Source: an uncultured Desulfobacterales bacterium
GTDB taxonomy: Bacteria; Desulfobacterota; DSM-4660; Desulfatiglandales; HGW-15
DNA: 64,000 bases
Assembly: GCA_964450535.1 (NCBI GenBank)
Contig: CAYVDE010000003.1
Span: 20,585-84,584, forward strand
Direction: 5' to 3'
Shown: one piece after another, positions 43,827-53,164 of the stretch
How positions within the stretch are numbered: the first letter of the stretch is position 1
How the letters are laid out: every line of letters starts with the position of its first letter
The notes under the pieces: model-generated
Database searches by the model: none
The model's input: the letters and a program-made list of their open reading frames with translations, nothing else
Told to the model about the DNA's origin: nothing
Program-made: the position numbers and the translations under genes

Positions 43827-43856
43827 ACCATAGAGAGTGGGCGGGGGATTTGTCAA
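43827..43856 (-). promoter_or_regulatory. candidate sigma70-type promoter driving the riboswitch-cbiK operon
   Basis: Minus strand TTGACA (43856-43851), 18-nt spacer, TATGGT (43832-43827). The predicted start is a few nt before P1 of the riboswitch. Confidence 0.45.
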
Positions 43857-43962
43857 GGTGAATCTATGTGGCTGATCTTTGAGATGTTCGCCTCAGGCAA
43901 ATTGTCAAACGGTCTTGTCGCGCTGACACGGCCGACGGGCACGAATGACGGATCTTGGGAAA

Positions 43963-44808
43963 TTATGAGATTTGTCCGTACTTGTCCAGGTATCCGCGGG
44001 GGGTGACCATTCGGCCGCCCAGCGTACGGGTGGCGCTGTTACCGATGATGAGAATGGAGAGCATGTCCACCTTTTCCACGGGTATATCGGCAAGGGTGGT
44101 CAATGTTACCGCCTGTCCTTTCCTGGCCGCATTTCGAACCAGGCCCACGGGTGTCCCGGGGCCGCGATGGCCCTGTATGAGACGAACGGCCTCATCGAGC
44201 TGGCGGTGTCGCTTTCTGGAGCGAGGGTTGTAAATAACAATGACAAAGTCAGCCGATGCAGAGGCTTCGATCCTTCTTCGAATTGTTTCCCAGGGTGTGA
44301 GTAGATCGCTCAGGCTGATCACAGCGAAGTCGTGCATGAGAGGGGCGCCAAGAAGGGAGGCTGCGGCGGCAAGGGCCGGGATACCGGGGATAATCTCCAA
44401 ATTCAGCCTTCCGGTGAGACCTTCCTCCTCGATGATTTCAAGAGCAAGACCCGCCATGCCGTAGATCCCTGCGTCCCCGCTACTTATGAGCGCGGTAGTC
44501 AGCCCCTTTGAACACGACAATACGGCCGCTCGACACCTGCTGATCTCTCCGGTCATCCCCGTGGACAGGACCTCCTTGCCCTTCAGGATCTCACTATCAA
44601 TAAGGCTTATGTAGGTCTTATAGCCTACTATCACCGCAGCTTCTTTCAGTGCTCTGAGGGCTGCGGGGGCCAAATAGTCAGGATCTCCCGGGCCGAGGCT
44701 TACTATGAAGAGCCTTCCAGTGCGATTGCCAGGGTGGCGTTCCGGCTCAAAGTCTTGGGGACCAGGAGACGCCCCTTTCCCGCTTTTTTCAGCGCGGCTG
44801 CTTCGCAT
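43963..44808 (-). CDS. cbiH: cobalt-factor III / precorrin-3B C17-methyltransferase
   Basis: LFIVSLGPGDPDYLAPAA, SSGDAGIYGMAG, IPGIPA, LTPWETI motifs. The only in-frame start is ATG 44808, giving a 106-nt overlap with cbiFG. Confidence 0.88.
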   Translation of the reverse strand: MRSSRAEKSGKGASPGPQDFEPERHPGNRTGRLFIVSLGPGDPDYLAPAALRALKEAAVIVGYKTYISLIDSEILKGKEVLSTGMTGEISRCRAAVLSCSKGLTTALISSGDAGIYGMAGLALEIIEEEGLTGRLNLEIIPGIPALAAAASLLGAPLMHDFAVISLSDLLTPWETIRRRIEASASADFVIVIYNPRSRKRHRQLDEAVRLIQGHRGPGTPVGLVRNAARKGQAVTLTTLADIPVEKVDMLSILIIGNSATRTLGGRMVTPRGYLDKYGQIS

Positions 44809-46577
44809 ACGCTTTCAACTCCCATATAGTGTTTTACCGTTCCGGACGGATTCGGGACCGGAACGTCTCGAAGGGCCCCGGCCGGATAGAAGGTGATGTT
44901 TACATCCAGTGATTCGGCGGCCTCCAGGATCCCTGCCTCGTCCTTCTTGGCATCGATGGTGGCGAGACCGGAGAGGCTGGCCCGGGAGAGGCCGTGCCTT
45001 GAAAAGGTGGATTCAATCAATTCCAGGATTTCCCGCCCCGATGTCCCCCTGTTGCAGCCCACTCCGGCGACGAGGCAGTGTGGGTGCAGGACCAGGCTGT
45101 CGGTGCATGAGGTTTCGGGTAAGGATTTCCATGAGACGATAACGGAAGGCCGGGTCTCCGGGGGGGATGGGGTGTTTCTCCTTATTATTGACCCCGGCAC
45201 ACAGGATTCCGAAAGGGTTCCCAGTCCGAGGCGGTCTTCCGGATCCAGGACTGAAACAGGGTCCCCTCGAAGCAGGGCCATGTTGAGGGCCTTGATTGCT
45301 TCAGGGTTGGCTATGGTCATATCGCGCTCAACCGCCAGGAGGTCCCAGCTTATCAGACCCGCCGTGTCCGTGGCGGTGGTTATTACAGGATCGCCCCCGG
45401 TTATGCGCGCAACTTCCCTTGCGAGCCGGTTGGCCCCTCCCACATGACCCGATAGGAGGCTCACGGCGAAACGGCCCTCCGAATCCAGGGCCACAACTGC
45501 CGGATCCGTGTCCTTGGAGCGTATGAGCGGTGCTACGGCCCTCACCACGATGCCTGCCGCGGCCACGAAAACGTGATTGTCGTAACGATCGAAGCTCTCG
45601 GCAACAGTCGTAAAAAGTGCTGAAAACGGGTGGGCATTGTAATCGGGGGCGAGCGATTCCGGAAGAAACAGGTCCCCTTTCAGCGCCAGGGCCAAAGTTG
45701 AAGCGGTCTTTGCGCCCTGAGGCGTCAGTCCGTATACCGCTGTCCGTGCCTTCTTGCCCTGAACAGGTGTATCCTCCGGGGGCCTCATGGCTTCCCGAAT
45801 CGAAGGCTCCTTTGGGCCCCGGAAGCCGTGATGGAATTCCGGACTGTACAAGCGGCTGAACGCGGTCTCGTCGCCTTGCCCTGGAAGTATCAGGAAAACA
45901 GCCTGGCGCGAGATTTTTTCCCGGGACACGGTTTCAGATAGGGTGTCCAGTGTGGCCTTTAAAATACGTTCGTCGGGCCAGCCCACGCGGTATGCCGCTA
46001 CCACAGGGGTTTCGCCCGGGTACCCGCCCAGCCGAAGTTCGCGTACAAGGCGTTCTGGATCGCCGGCCGACAGGTACACGGCCATGGAGGCCCGGTGACG
46101 GGCCATCTCTTTCAGGCGTTCACGGTCCGGCACGGGCGTCCGCCCGGCCATTCGGGTAAGTATTAGAGACTGGGTCTTTTCCGGAAGGGTGAAGGAGACT
46201 CCGGCGGCGGCCGCTGCGGCGAATGCCGAGGTCACGCCGGGAATGATACGGCAGGAAATGCCGTCATGCTCCAGGAGGATCATCTGCTCCCTTATCGCAC
46301 CGTAGAGCGAAGGGTCGCCCGTGTGCACGCGGGCCACCAGGCCTCCGGCCCGGACCGTATCGCACATGAGTGCGTGGGTCTCTTCGAGTGTCATGGAAGA
46401 GGAGTCAACCACACGGGCGTCGGGGCGGGCGCAGGCCACAACCTCAGGCGGCACAAGTGACCCTGCGTAGAGAACAAGGTCGGCTTCCTGAATCACCTTT
46501 CTTCCCCGGACCGTGATGAGCTCAGGGTCGCCGGGCCCGGCCCCCACGAAATATACCTGGATCTTATTCTCCGTCAT
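44703..46577 (-). CDS. cbiFG: fusion of cobalt-precorrin-4 C11-methyltransferase (CbiF) and cobalamin biosynthesis protein CbiG
   Basis: N-terminal 250 aa: VYFVGAGPGDPELITVRG, HTGDPSLYGA, IPGVTS (CbiF). C-terminal about 340 aa: AAGIVVRAVAPLIRSKDTDPAVVALD..GRFAVSLLSGHVGGAN (CbiG). Confidence 0.85.
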   Translation of the reverse strand: MTENKIQVYFVGAGPGDPELITVRGRKVIQEADLVLYAGSLVPPEVVACARPDARVVDSSSMTLEETHALMCDTVRAGGLVARVHTGDPSLYGAIREQMILLEHDGISCRIIPGVTSAFAAAAAAGVSFTLPEKTQSLILTRMAGRTPVPDRERLKEMARHRASMAVYLSAGDPERLVRELRLGGYPGETPVVAAYRVGWPDERILKATLDTLSETVSREKISRQAVFLILPGQGDETAFSRLYSPEFHHGFRGPKEPSIREAMRPPEDTPVQGKKARTAVYGLTPQGAKTASTLALALKGDLFLPESLAPDYNAHPFSALFTTVAESFDRYDNHVFVAAAGIVVRAVAPLIRSKDTDPAVVALDSEGRFAVSLLSGHVGGANRLAREVARITGGDPVITTATDTAGLISWDLLAVERDMTIANPEAIKALNMALLRGDPVSVLDPEDRLGLGTLSESCVPGSIIRRNTPSPPETRPSVIVSWKSLPETSCTDSLVLHPHCLVAGVGCNRGTSGREILELIESTFSRHGLSRASLSGLATIDAKKDEAGILEAAESLDVNITFYPAGALRDVPVPNPSGTVKHYMGVESVCEAAALKKAGKGRLLVPKTLSRNATLAIALEGSS

Positions 46578-46606
46578 TTTTTAAGTTCTACCCCCACAGC
46601 TTACAG

Positions 46607-47845
46607 CTATATCGGCTTTCCTGCGCTCACAGCAAAGACAGGGTTGAGTGCCGTAAGCCGCAGGTCCCCTGCCAGGGGCCGTGATCGGCTGATCTGTATC
46701 TGGGTGACAGCCGGGCTCCAGCCGGCCTTGACCAGCACTCCCACAGCGTGCCTCAGGGAACCGAGGAGAACAACGTGTGCCAAGAGGCGCCCTCCGGGTA
46801 AAAGGCGGTTCATTGCCGTTTCAAGGACGCCTTCCTGCCGGACACCACCACCCAGGAAGGCCCGGTCGGGATCCGGCAGCCCTTGCAGGCAGGCGGGCAT
46901 GTCCCCCTGAACCGGTTCCACTGCGTACGCCCCGGTCTTTCTGATGTTGCTCCTTATGATTTCATAACGATCAGGGACGCGCTCCACTGCAAACACCATT
47001 CCTTCAAAGGCGAGGGCCGACGCTTCGATTGCAACAGCCCCGCTTCCGGCGCCGAGATCCCAGACCACATGGCCGGGTTCGATACCCAGGAGGCCGAGGC
47101 CCACGGCACGCACCTCCTGCTTGGTGATGAGCCCGTCTTTGTGAAGAAGACTACCGTCATCCATGGAAGATGTCAGCGGGAACAGGGGATTACGGTTCGG
47201 CTCAAGAATGATGAACGTAAGGGGGGAGAACTCTTCCTCAGCAGCCTTTTCAAGGTCTTCGAAAGTACGGATCCGTTCTTTTTCGGTCCCCATATCCTCG
47301 AATACATGCATTCGGTAACCATCAACGCCAAAGGTCTTGAGGTCTTGCGCAATTCGTGCCGGTGTGAATGCGGCATCGGTGTAGACGCCCACACGGCGCC
47401 TTCGGGCCATGGCCCGGCGAAGGGGCCAGAGGTCTTTGCGGCCGTGAAGAGAAACCGCGCTGATATCGTCCCAATGCGTCTTGATCCGTGCCGCCGCCGC
47501 CTGAAGAATCGATGTGTTGGGGTGTATTAGGACACGGTCCGCACCCAGGGTCTGGACCAGCAGTTTGCCGATTCCAAAGAAACCGGGATCCCCGTCGGCC
47601 AGGACCACGACGCGTTTTCCCGCTCGGTTCTCCCTGTCGGCGGCCTCGACTGCCTCGGAGACGGGCGCGCGCACAGGGATTCTGCCGGCCGGATGGTTCG
47701 GCAGGGCACTGAGAACGCGGTCACCTCCCACGAGCACCTCGGCCTCAGCCACGATGCCGGCGGCCTCGGGTGGAAGCCGGGTCGGATCAAGGCCGATCCC
47801 GACTACGTGAATCGGATTTTGGTTTTTATAAATCATGCCGCGCAT
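46607..47845 (-). CDS. cbiET: bifunctional cobalt-precorrin-7 C5-methyltransferase / cobalt-precorrin-6B C15-methyltransferase (decarboxylating) (CbiE-CbiT fusion)
   Basis: 412 aa. N-terminal tetrapyrrole methylase (VVGIGLDP, GDPGFFGIG) plus a C-terminal SAM-methyltransferase fold (VWDLGAGSGAVAIE). Confidence 0.85.
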   Translation of the reverse strand: MRGMIYKNQNPIHVVGIGLDPTRLPPEAAGIVAEAEVLVGGDRVLSALPNHPAGRIPVRAPVSEAVEAADRENRAGKRVVVLADGDPGFFGIGKLLVQTLGADRVLIHPNTSILQAAAARIKTHWDDISAVSLHGRKDLWPLRRAMARRRRVGVYTDAAFTPARIAQDLKTFGVDGYRMHVFEDMGTEKERIRTFEDLEKAAEEEFSPLTFIILEPNRNPLFPLTSSMDDGSLLHKDGLITKQEVRAVGLGLLGIEPGHVVWDLGAGSGAVAIEASALAFEGMVFAVERVPDRYEIIRSNIRKTGAYAVEPVQGDMPACLQGLPDPDRAFLGGGVRQEGVLETAMNRLLPGGRLLAHVVLLGSLRHAVGVLVKAGWSPAVTQIQISRSRPLAGDLRLTALNPVFAVSAGKPI

Positions 47846-47877
47846 TTCCTGACTTTAGGTAATTTGTTACACTGCCC

Positions 47878-47907
47878 ACTTCGTGTTCTTCGTGTCCTTA
47901 GAAGAAC
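47878..47907. repeat. partial copy of the CTTCGTG-heptad element in the cbiD/cbiET gap
   Basis: ACTTCGTGttCTTCGTGtcCTTAGAAGAAC. Contains the small hairpin GTTCTTC-N9-GAAGAAC. The heptad spacing is the same as in one arm of 1164-1237. Confidence 0.5.
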
Positions 47908-47982
47908 GGCCGCCCCTCACACCTGCAGCCTTGGTGTGATAAACTTCTTGTTTTTTTATGACAGGTTTTCATGAGTAAGGCA

Positions 47983-49107
47983 CTAAATCGTGTTTGTGGA
48001 ACCACTTACTAAGGCGCTGTTTTTGCCGGTTGCGAGCAGGCTTTCATCAAAGTCGAACAGGTAGAAAGCGAGCTCGGGGCCCGGCCCTGCGATCCGCCGT
48101 GCATTTTCCGAGGCGCGGTTCAGGGCATGTTCCAGCACCAGATATCCCGCTTTGTCCCGGCGTATGATTTCCAGGGCCTCCCGGCTGGTATTGGCCAGGC
48201 TAACGGCCTGAACTGATTCCCGATCCAGTCCCGCCCGGCCGCACCATGAGGCGAGGACCGCAAAATCGATCCTGCTCTTACGGGCATGGGTGTATGGGTG
48301 TCCCTGGGCCATCTTGATCAGCTTACCGAAAAAGCAGGCGTAAAGGATCGACTTGAAGCCCCTCTTGGAGGCCTCACGCAGGGAGAAAGCAAAAAAGTCG
48401 CCCACCTGTATGCATGCAGGGTCAGTAAGGTCGGGCCTCAGTTCCCGCAGGAGCCGTTCGCTTCTGCCGCCGGTGGCAAGGGCCACTGAGGCCAGCCCCT
48501 GGGCCCGGGCCACGTCCAAGGACATGGTGATGGTGTCTTTGTAGGCCTTGTTGGAAAACGGCTTGACCGTTCCCCGGGTACCCAGGATGCTTATGCCCCC
48601 CAGTATCCCCAACCGTGGATTGAGTGTCTTATGGGCTATGCGCTCTCCGTCGTCCACCTCTATGGTTACGACAATCTCCCCGCCGATGCCTGTCTCGTCA
48701 AGGACTTCACGAATCGCGGCCTCGATCTGGCGGAGGGGAGCGGGGTTTATTGCCGCCTCCCCCACTGGAACGGGCAGCCCCGGCCTGGTTACCCGTCCTA
48801 CACCCGAACCTCCCCGAATAACGACCCGTGAATTTCCCCGGGTGTGAAGACGGTTCACTATGGCTCGGATACCGGCCTTATGAGTCACATCCGGGTCGTC
48901 TCCTCCATCTTTTACGACCAGGGCTTCAGCCCCGTCCTCCAGGAAGGCGACACCGGCCAGAGGGATGACCAGACGCCCCTCCCGCGGGAGGGGCACGTCA
49001 ACGCTGGACACACTCTTATCTTCCAGCAGGAGGATCAGGGCCGCCTTGGCGGCCGCAGCGGCGGCCGTTCCTGTGGTAAAGCCTTCTCTGAGCCTATTTC
49101 GCGCCAT
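47983..49107 (-). CDS. cbiD: cobalt-precorrin-5B C1-methyltransferase
   Basis: Start reset to ATG 49107 (MARNRLREGFTTGTAAAAAA), 8 nt after the cbiC stop. GGDDPDVTH and GILGGISILGT motifs. Confidence 0.9.
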   Translation of the reverse strand: MARNRLREGFTTGTAAAAAAKAALILLLEDKSVSSVDVPLPREGRLVIPLAGVAFLEDGAEALVVKDGGDDPDVTHKAGIRAIVNRLHTRGNSRVVIRGGSGVGRVTRPGLPVPVGEAAINPAPLRQIEAAIREVLDETGIGGEIVVTIEVDDGERIAHKTLNPRLGILGGISILGTRGTVKPFSNKAYKDTITMSLDVARAQGLASVALATGGRSERLLRELRPDLTDPACIQVGDFFAFSLREASKRGFKSILYACFFGKLIKMAQGHPYTHARKSRIDFAVLASWCGRAGLDRESVQAVSLANTSREALEIIRRDKAGYLVLEHALNRASENARRIAGPGPELAFYLFDFDESLLATGKNSALVSGSTNTI

Positions 49108-49114
49108 GGCTGGC

Positions 49115-49768
49115 TCAGGCCCCGTCACGGGCACCCAGTGCGAGGATGGCCAGCTGGTTGACTGTGGCGGCGGCCAGGGGGGACCCTCCCTTACGTCCGC
49201 GAATCGTGACATAAGGGATGCGTTCCTGTCGGATCAGCAGGTCTTTGGACTCTTCCGCGTTTATAAAGCCGACCGGCATGCCTACGATGAGCGCGGGTGT
49301 GCAGGCCCCGGCACGGACCAATTCGAGGAGCCTGAGAAGGGCGGTGGGTGCGTTTCCCACCGCGTATACGGCTCCGTTCAGCTCCGGCGCCACATAATCC
49401 ACGGCCGCGGCCGCGCGGGTGGTCCCGTTTCTCGTGGCCAGTTCGGCCACAAGCGGTTCCCGCATGCAGCATTGAACCCGGCAGCCTAGACGCTCCGTGC
49501 GCGCGGATGATATGCCGGCCCTGGCCATCTCCGTGTCAGTGATCACGATACACCCGTTTTTCAGTGCGTCTATACCGGCGGTTACCGCTTCCGGGTGAAA
49601 CCGGACGAGGTCGAGAAGCTCGAAATCCGCCGATGTGTGGATCATGCGGCGCACCAGGAGCCATTCGGCTCCATGAAAGGGCCTTGTGTGTCCCACCTCG
49701 CTTTCAATCACGGCAAACGAGCGTGCCTCTATATCATCAGCCACAGGCGGCTTTGCCTTTTCCATCAT
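49115..49768 (-). CDS. cbiC: cobalt-precorrin-8 methylmutase
   Basis: RMIHTSADF and VGNAPTAL motifs. ATGA overlap with the cbiA stop. Confidence 0.9.
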   Translation of the reverse strand: MMEKAKPPVADDIEARSFAVIESEVGHTRPFHGAEWLLVRRMIHTSADFELLDLVRFHPEAVTAGIDALKNGCIVITDTEMARAGISSARTERLGCRVQCCMREPLVAELATRNGTTRAAAAVDYVAPELNGAVYAVGNAPTALLRLLELVRAGACTPALIVGMPVGFINAEESKDLLIRQERIPYVTIRGRKGGSPLAAATVNQLAILALGARDGA

Positions 49769-51264
49769 TTATCGTCTCCGGACTGTTCGATTCTATACCG
49801 GGAGCAAGCCTCAACCAGTGAACGGGCCGCGGCTGGATTTGACCCCCAGTGCAGGTGAATGTATGAGCCTAAGGCGCGCCTGACTGTAAATCCTTCCTCT
49901 GTTTCTTCAAGACCCAGGCGGCCTGTCACAATGTAGACCGTATCTTGGTTATCCCCGGCCCCCGTCATCCTGGAGTAGTGAAACTCATGACCCCTTACAC
50001 GGGTACCGGCGGGGCCCAGCAGGCTGTCCCTTCTGGTGGTGATCTCCCTGTAGCCCAGGGATCGAAACCTGGCCTCCATGACTGCATCAAAGGGAAAAAC
50101 GCCGGCCATGCGGTGGCCTCTGCCTTTGAGGTCCCGTATGGTGCGCATCAGGTACATGAAACCCCCACATTCTGCATAGACTGCTCCTCCTGCCTGTACA
50201 AATGACCTGACGGCCTTTTTCATGGATCGGTTCGCCGACAGGGCCTCACAGTGGAGTTCGGGGTAGCCTCCACCTATATAGAGGCCGGACAGCCCTTCGG
50301 GAAGGGCTTTCTCTCGGAGGGGAGAAAAAGGGACCAGCTCTGCTCCTGCAGCCTCCAGCAGCCGCAGGTTCTCGGCGTAATAGAAACAGAAGGCCTCATC
50401 CCGGGCGATACCGATTCGATCTCTTTTTTCCGCCGGTTCTTCCCTTGACGGCGCAAGCGCCTCGAATTTGGGGGCCCCGGCCGTTAAACGGTCCAGGTCC
50501 AGATGCGTTGCAGCCCAGTCTGCCAGTTGATCGACCCGGTCCTCATCAATGAGGTGGTCGTCCGCCGTCACCAGCCCAAGGTGCCTGGAAGGGATCTCCA
50601 GGCCTTCATCCCTCGGAAGGCATCCTATGAGCGGGATTCCGGGGACCGCTTCCAGGGCCTCCTCGAGCATTCGGGCATGGGCGTCGCTTCCCACCCGGTT
50701 GAACACTATGCCTGCCAGAATAAGCTCCGGGTCGAATTTCGCGAACCCGAGGGCCACTGCCGCAGCTGAACGGGCCATGGAACGGGCGTCAACCACAAGG
50801 AGGACCGGTACACCCAGTTCCTTGGCCGTTCGGGCTGTTGAGCCGGTGTCGTCGGCTCCGGAAACGCCGTCGAACAAACCCATGACACCCTCGATGACGC
50901 CGACATCGGCTCCCCATAGTCCCCGAAGAAAAATGGAGCGGTTGGCCTCCGGCTCCATAATCCATCCGTCCAGGTTGTGTGCCGCCCGGCCCGTGACGGC
51001 CCTGTGATGTCCCGGATCGATGAAGTCGGGGCCAATTTTGAAGCCCTGGACCGTAAGGCCTTTCCGCCTCAGGGCAGCCATGATTCCGAGTGTCACGGTG
51101 GTCTTTCCCGATCCGCTGTGTGTGCCGGCTACAGCCAGCACGGGGACCTTTCTGGTCGGTCCTGCAGATCCGGGTTCAGGCGGTTTCGTGGGGATAGGCG
51201 TCATGACTCGCTTTTCCGGAACAGGGCACCGGGCCCGTAAGGCATGCAGTTTCCGAGGGGTCAC
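49765..51264 (-). CDS. cbiA: cobyrinate a,c-diamide synthase
   Basis: AGTHSGSGKTTVTLG P-loop, KIGPDFIDPGHH, C-terminal GATase with YAECGGFMYL. Start is GTG 51264 (GTGA overlap with the cobQ stop) or ATG 51204. Confidence 0.9.
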   Translation of the reverse strand: MTPRKLHALRARCPVPEKRVMTPIPTKPPEPGSAGPTRKVPVLAVAGTHSGSGKTTVTLGIMAALRRKGLTVQGFKIGPDFIDPGHHRAVTGRAAHNLDGWIMEPEANRSIFLRGLWGADVGVIEGVMGLFDGVSGADDTGSTARTAKELGVPVLLVVDARSMARSAAAVALGFAKFDPELILAGIVFNRVGSDAHARMLEEALEAVPGIPLIGCLPRDEGLEIPSRHLGLVTADDHLIDEDRVDQLADWAATHLDLDRLTAGAPKFEALAPSREEPAEKRDRIGIARDEAFCFYYAENLRLLEAAGAELVPFSPLREKALPEGLSGLYIGGGYPELHCEALSANRSMKKAVRSFVQAGGAVYAECGGFMYLMRTIRDLKGRGHRMAGVFPFDAVMEARFRSLGYREITTRRDSLLGPAGTRVRGHEFHYSRMTGAGDNQDTVYIVTGRLGLEETEEGFTVRRALGSYIHLHWGSNPAAARSLVEACSRYRIEQSGDDK

Positions 51265-52766
51265 GAGACCAGGGCCAGGATTCGATCCACGTCACAGTGT
51301 TCCTCGAAGTGTTCGGCAAGCCGATCATACTGATGAAACCGGGACAACCTTCCTCTCTTCGACCGGCGTTCCTTCAGTCCTTTTTCCCTGCGGATTGAAT
51401 TAAGCAGTTCCTCGCGAAAACCCGGCGCATCAAGGACTCCGTGAACATAGGTGCCCAGGACACGCCCGTTGTTGACAAAAAGACCGTCGTCCCATGAGAC
51501 GCCGGAGCCCGGCCTGTGAATGCGGAGCAGGGGTGAACCCCCTTGCCCCGAGATTCGGGTCCGGCCCATGTGAATTTCATAACCGCTGATCCTTTTCCGG
51601 TTCATGAGGCACGTCCCCGTAACCCGTTGAACCACTTTGTCGCCTGCCAGCACGGTTTCGGCCGGTAGGATCCCCAGGCCTCTGACCTGGGAGCGGTCTG
51701 ATTCAACCCCGTAGGGATCGATGATTCGCCGGCCGAGAAGCTGGTACCCGCCGCAAATACCGAAGACCCGTCCGCCGCGCCCGGCAAACTGGGAGACCGC
51801 CCTTTTCCATCCGGAACGGCCCAGCCAGACCGCGTCTTCCATTACATTCTTGGCACCGGGTATTACCAGGAGATCGTACCTGTCATCAAGCTCCACGGGC
51901 CGGAACAGGTAATTGAGGACAACGCCGGATTCCAGGGCAATGGTTTCAAGATCCGTGAAGTTGGAGATGGAGGGGAGCCGCAACACCCCTATGTTCACGG
52001 CATCGCTTCGCAGGGGGTGAAGGGTTCTCCGGTCCTCCTGGACCACAACGGAGTCCTCCTGGTCAATGGTGATGTCGTTATAGCAGGGAATCAGGCCCAG
52101 GACCGGTTTTCCGCATTTTTTCTCGATGTATTCGATGCCAGAATCGAAAAGACGAGGGTCTCCTCTAAACTTGTTGATCAGGAATCCGGCGGTGAGCTGT
52201 CTTTCCTTCCTGGTCATCAGGTGATAACTCCCCAGGAGCTGCGCGAAGATGCCTCCTCTGTCAATGTCTCCGAGGAGAAGACAGCTCGCTCCTGCAGCTT
52301 TGGCCATGGAGAAGTTGACCAGGTCGTGGTCCTTGAGATTCATCTCACAGCAACTGCCGGCACCTTCCATTACGATGACATCGTATTCCCCGCTGAGGCG
52401 GTTAAAGGAATCAAGGACCGCTTTCCTGAGTTCAGGCTTGAATGCGTGATACCCCGCCGCGTCCATCCGGCCGTATACCTTGCCCTGAAGGACTACTTGA
52501 GAGCCCGTGGATGATGAGGGCTTGAGAAGGACCGGGTTCATGTGAATCGAAGGGGGAAGCCCCGATGCCTCTGCCTGAGCCACTTGGGCCCGGCCTATTT
52601 CACCCCCTTCCATGGTTACAAAGGAGTTGTTGGACATATTCTGGGCCTTGAAGGGCGCCACCCGGACGCCGCGGTTTCGCAGAATTCGGCAAAGGGCCGT
52701 GGCCGTGACGGACTTGCCTACGTCACTCCCTGTCCCCAAAACCATTATGGATCTCGCTCTGTGCAT
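51261..52766 (-). CDS. cobQ: cobyric acid synthase
   Basis: IMVLGTGSDVGKS, APFKAQNMSNNS, C-terminal GATase FGICGGYQLLG. Confidence 0.9.
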   Translation of the reverse strand: MHRARSIMVLGTGSDVGKSVTATALCRILRNRGVRVAPFKAQNMSNNSFVTMEGGEIGRAQVAQAEASGLPPSIHMNPVLLKPSSSTGSQVVLQGKVYGRMDAAGYHAFKPELRKAVLDSFNRLSGEYDVIVMEGAGSCCEMNLKDHDLVNFSMAKAAGASCLLLGDIDRGGIFAQLLGSYHLMTRKERQLTAGFLINKFRGDPRLFDSGIEYIEKKCGKPVLGLIPCYNDITIDQEDSVVVQEDRRTLHPLRSDAVNIGVLRLPSISNFTDLETIALESGVVLNYLFRPVELDDRYDLLVIPGAKNVMEDAVWLGRSGWKRAVSQFAGRGGRVFGICGGYQLLGRRIIDPYGVESDRSQVRGLGILPAETVLAGDKVVQRVTGTCLMNRKRISGYEIHMGRTRISGQGGSPLLRIHRPGSGVSWDDGLFVNNGRVLGTYVHGVLDAPGFREELLNSIRREKGLKERRSKRGRLSRFHQYDRLAEHFEEHCDVDRILALVS

Positions 52767-52769
52767 ATT

Positions 52770-53147
52770 TTACTCTTGTGAGTTATGCCACCAATGATCG
52801 TTGTGAGACACCGGATCGTAGGCCTTCCACGCCCCGTTGATTAGTGTGCGGGGTGCCAGATCCAGCTCATCCCGGCCGCAACGCAGGAGCCGGTCGAAGG
52901 TCATCAACCAGCCCTTCAAGAGACCGTGCTTGCTGAAGGCCTCACGGCTGTAAGCGGAGCAGGAAGGATACATCGGACATGCGCCGCTTCGGACCGCGGA
53001 AAGGCCGTTCAACCCCTTGTCGTAAAACAGGAAAACACCTTGTGCCGGGACCGGGGGATGTCCGTGTCCCTTTTCCGCGGGTGATGTCGAGGCGCAGCCC
53101 GCGAGACAGAAAATCATGCATGGCAGGAGTATGAGATTGAATTTCAT
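52770..53147 (-). CDS. YidD-like (haemolytic domain, PF01809-type) protein with lipoprotein signal
   Basis: MKFNLILLPCMIFCLAGCAS lipobox. CPMYPSCSAYSREAFSKHGLLKGWLMTFDRLLRCGRDE matches the C-x-x-x-PSCS-x-Y...R-x-x-RC pattern of YidD. Confidence 0.6.
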   Translation of the reverse strand: MKFNLILLPCMIFCLAGCASTSPAEKGHGHPPVPAQGVFLFYDKGLNGLSAVRSGACPMYPSCSAYSREAFSKHGLLKGWLMTFDRLLRCGRDELDLAPRTLINGAWKAYDPVSHNDHWWHNSQE

Positions 53148-53164
53148 GGTATAGCAGAGGGCGT

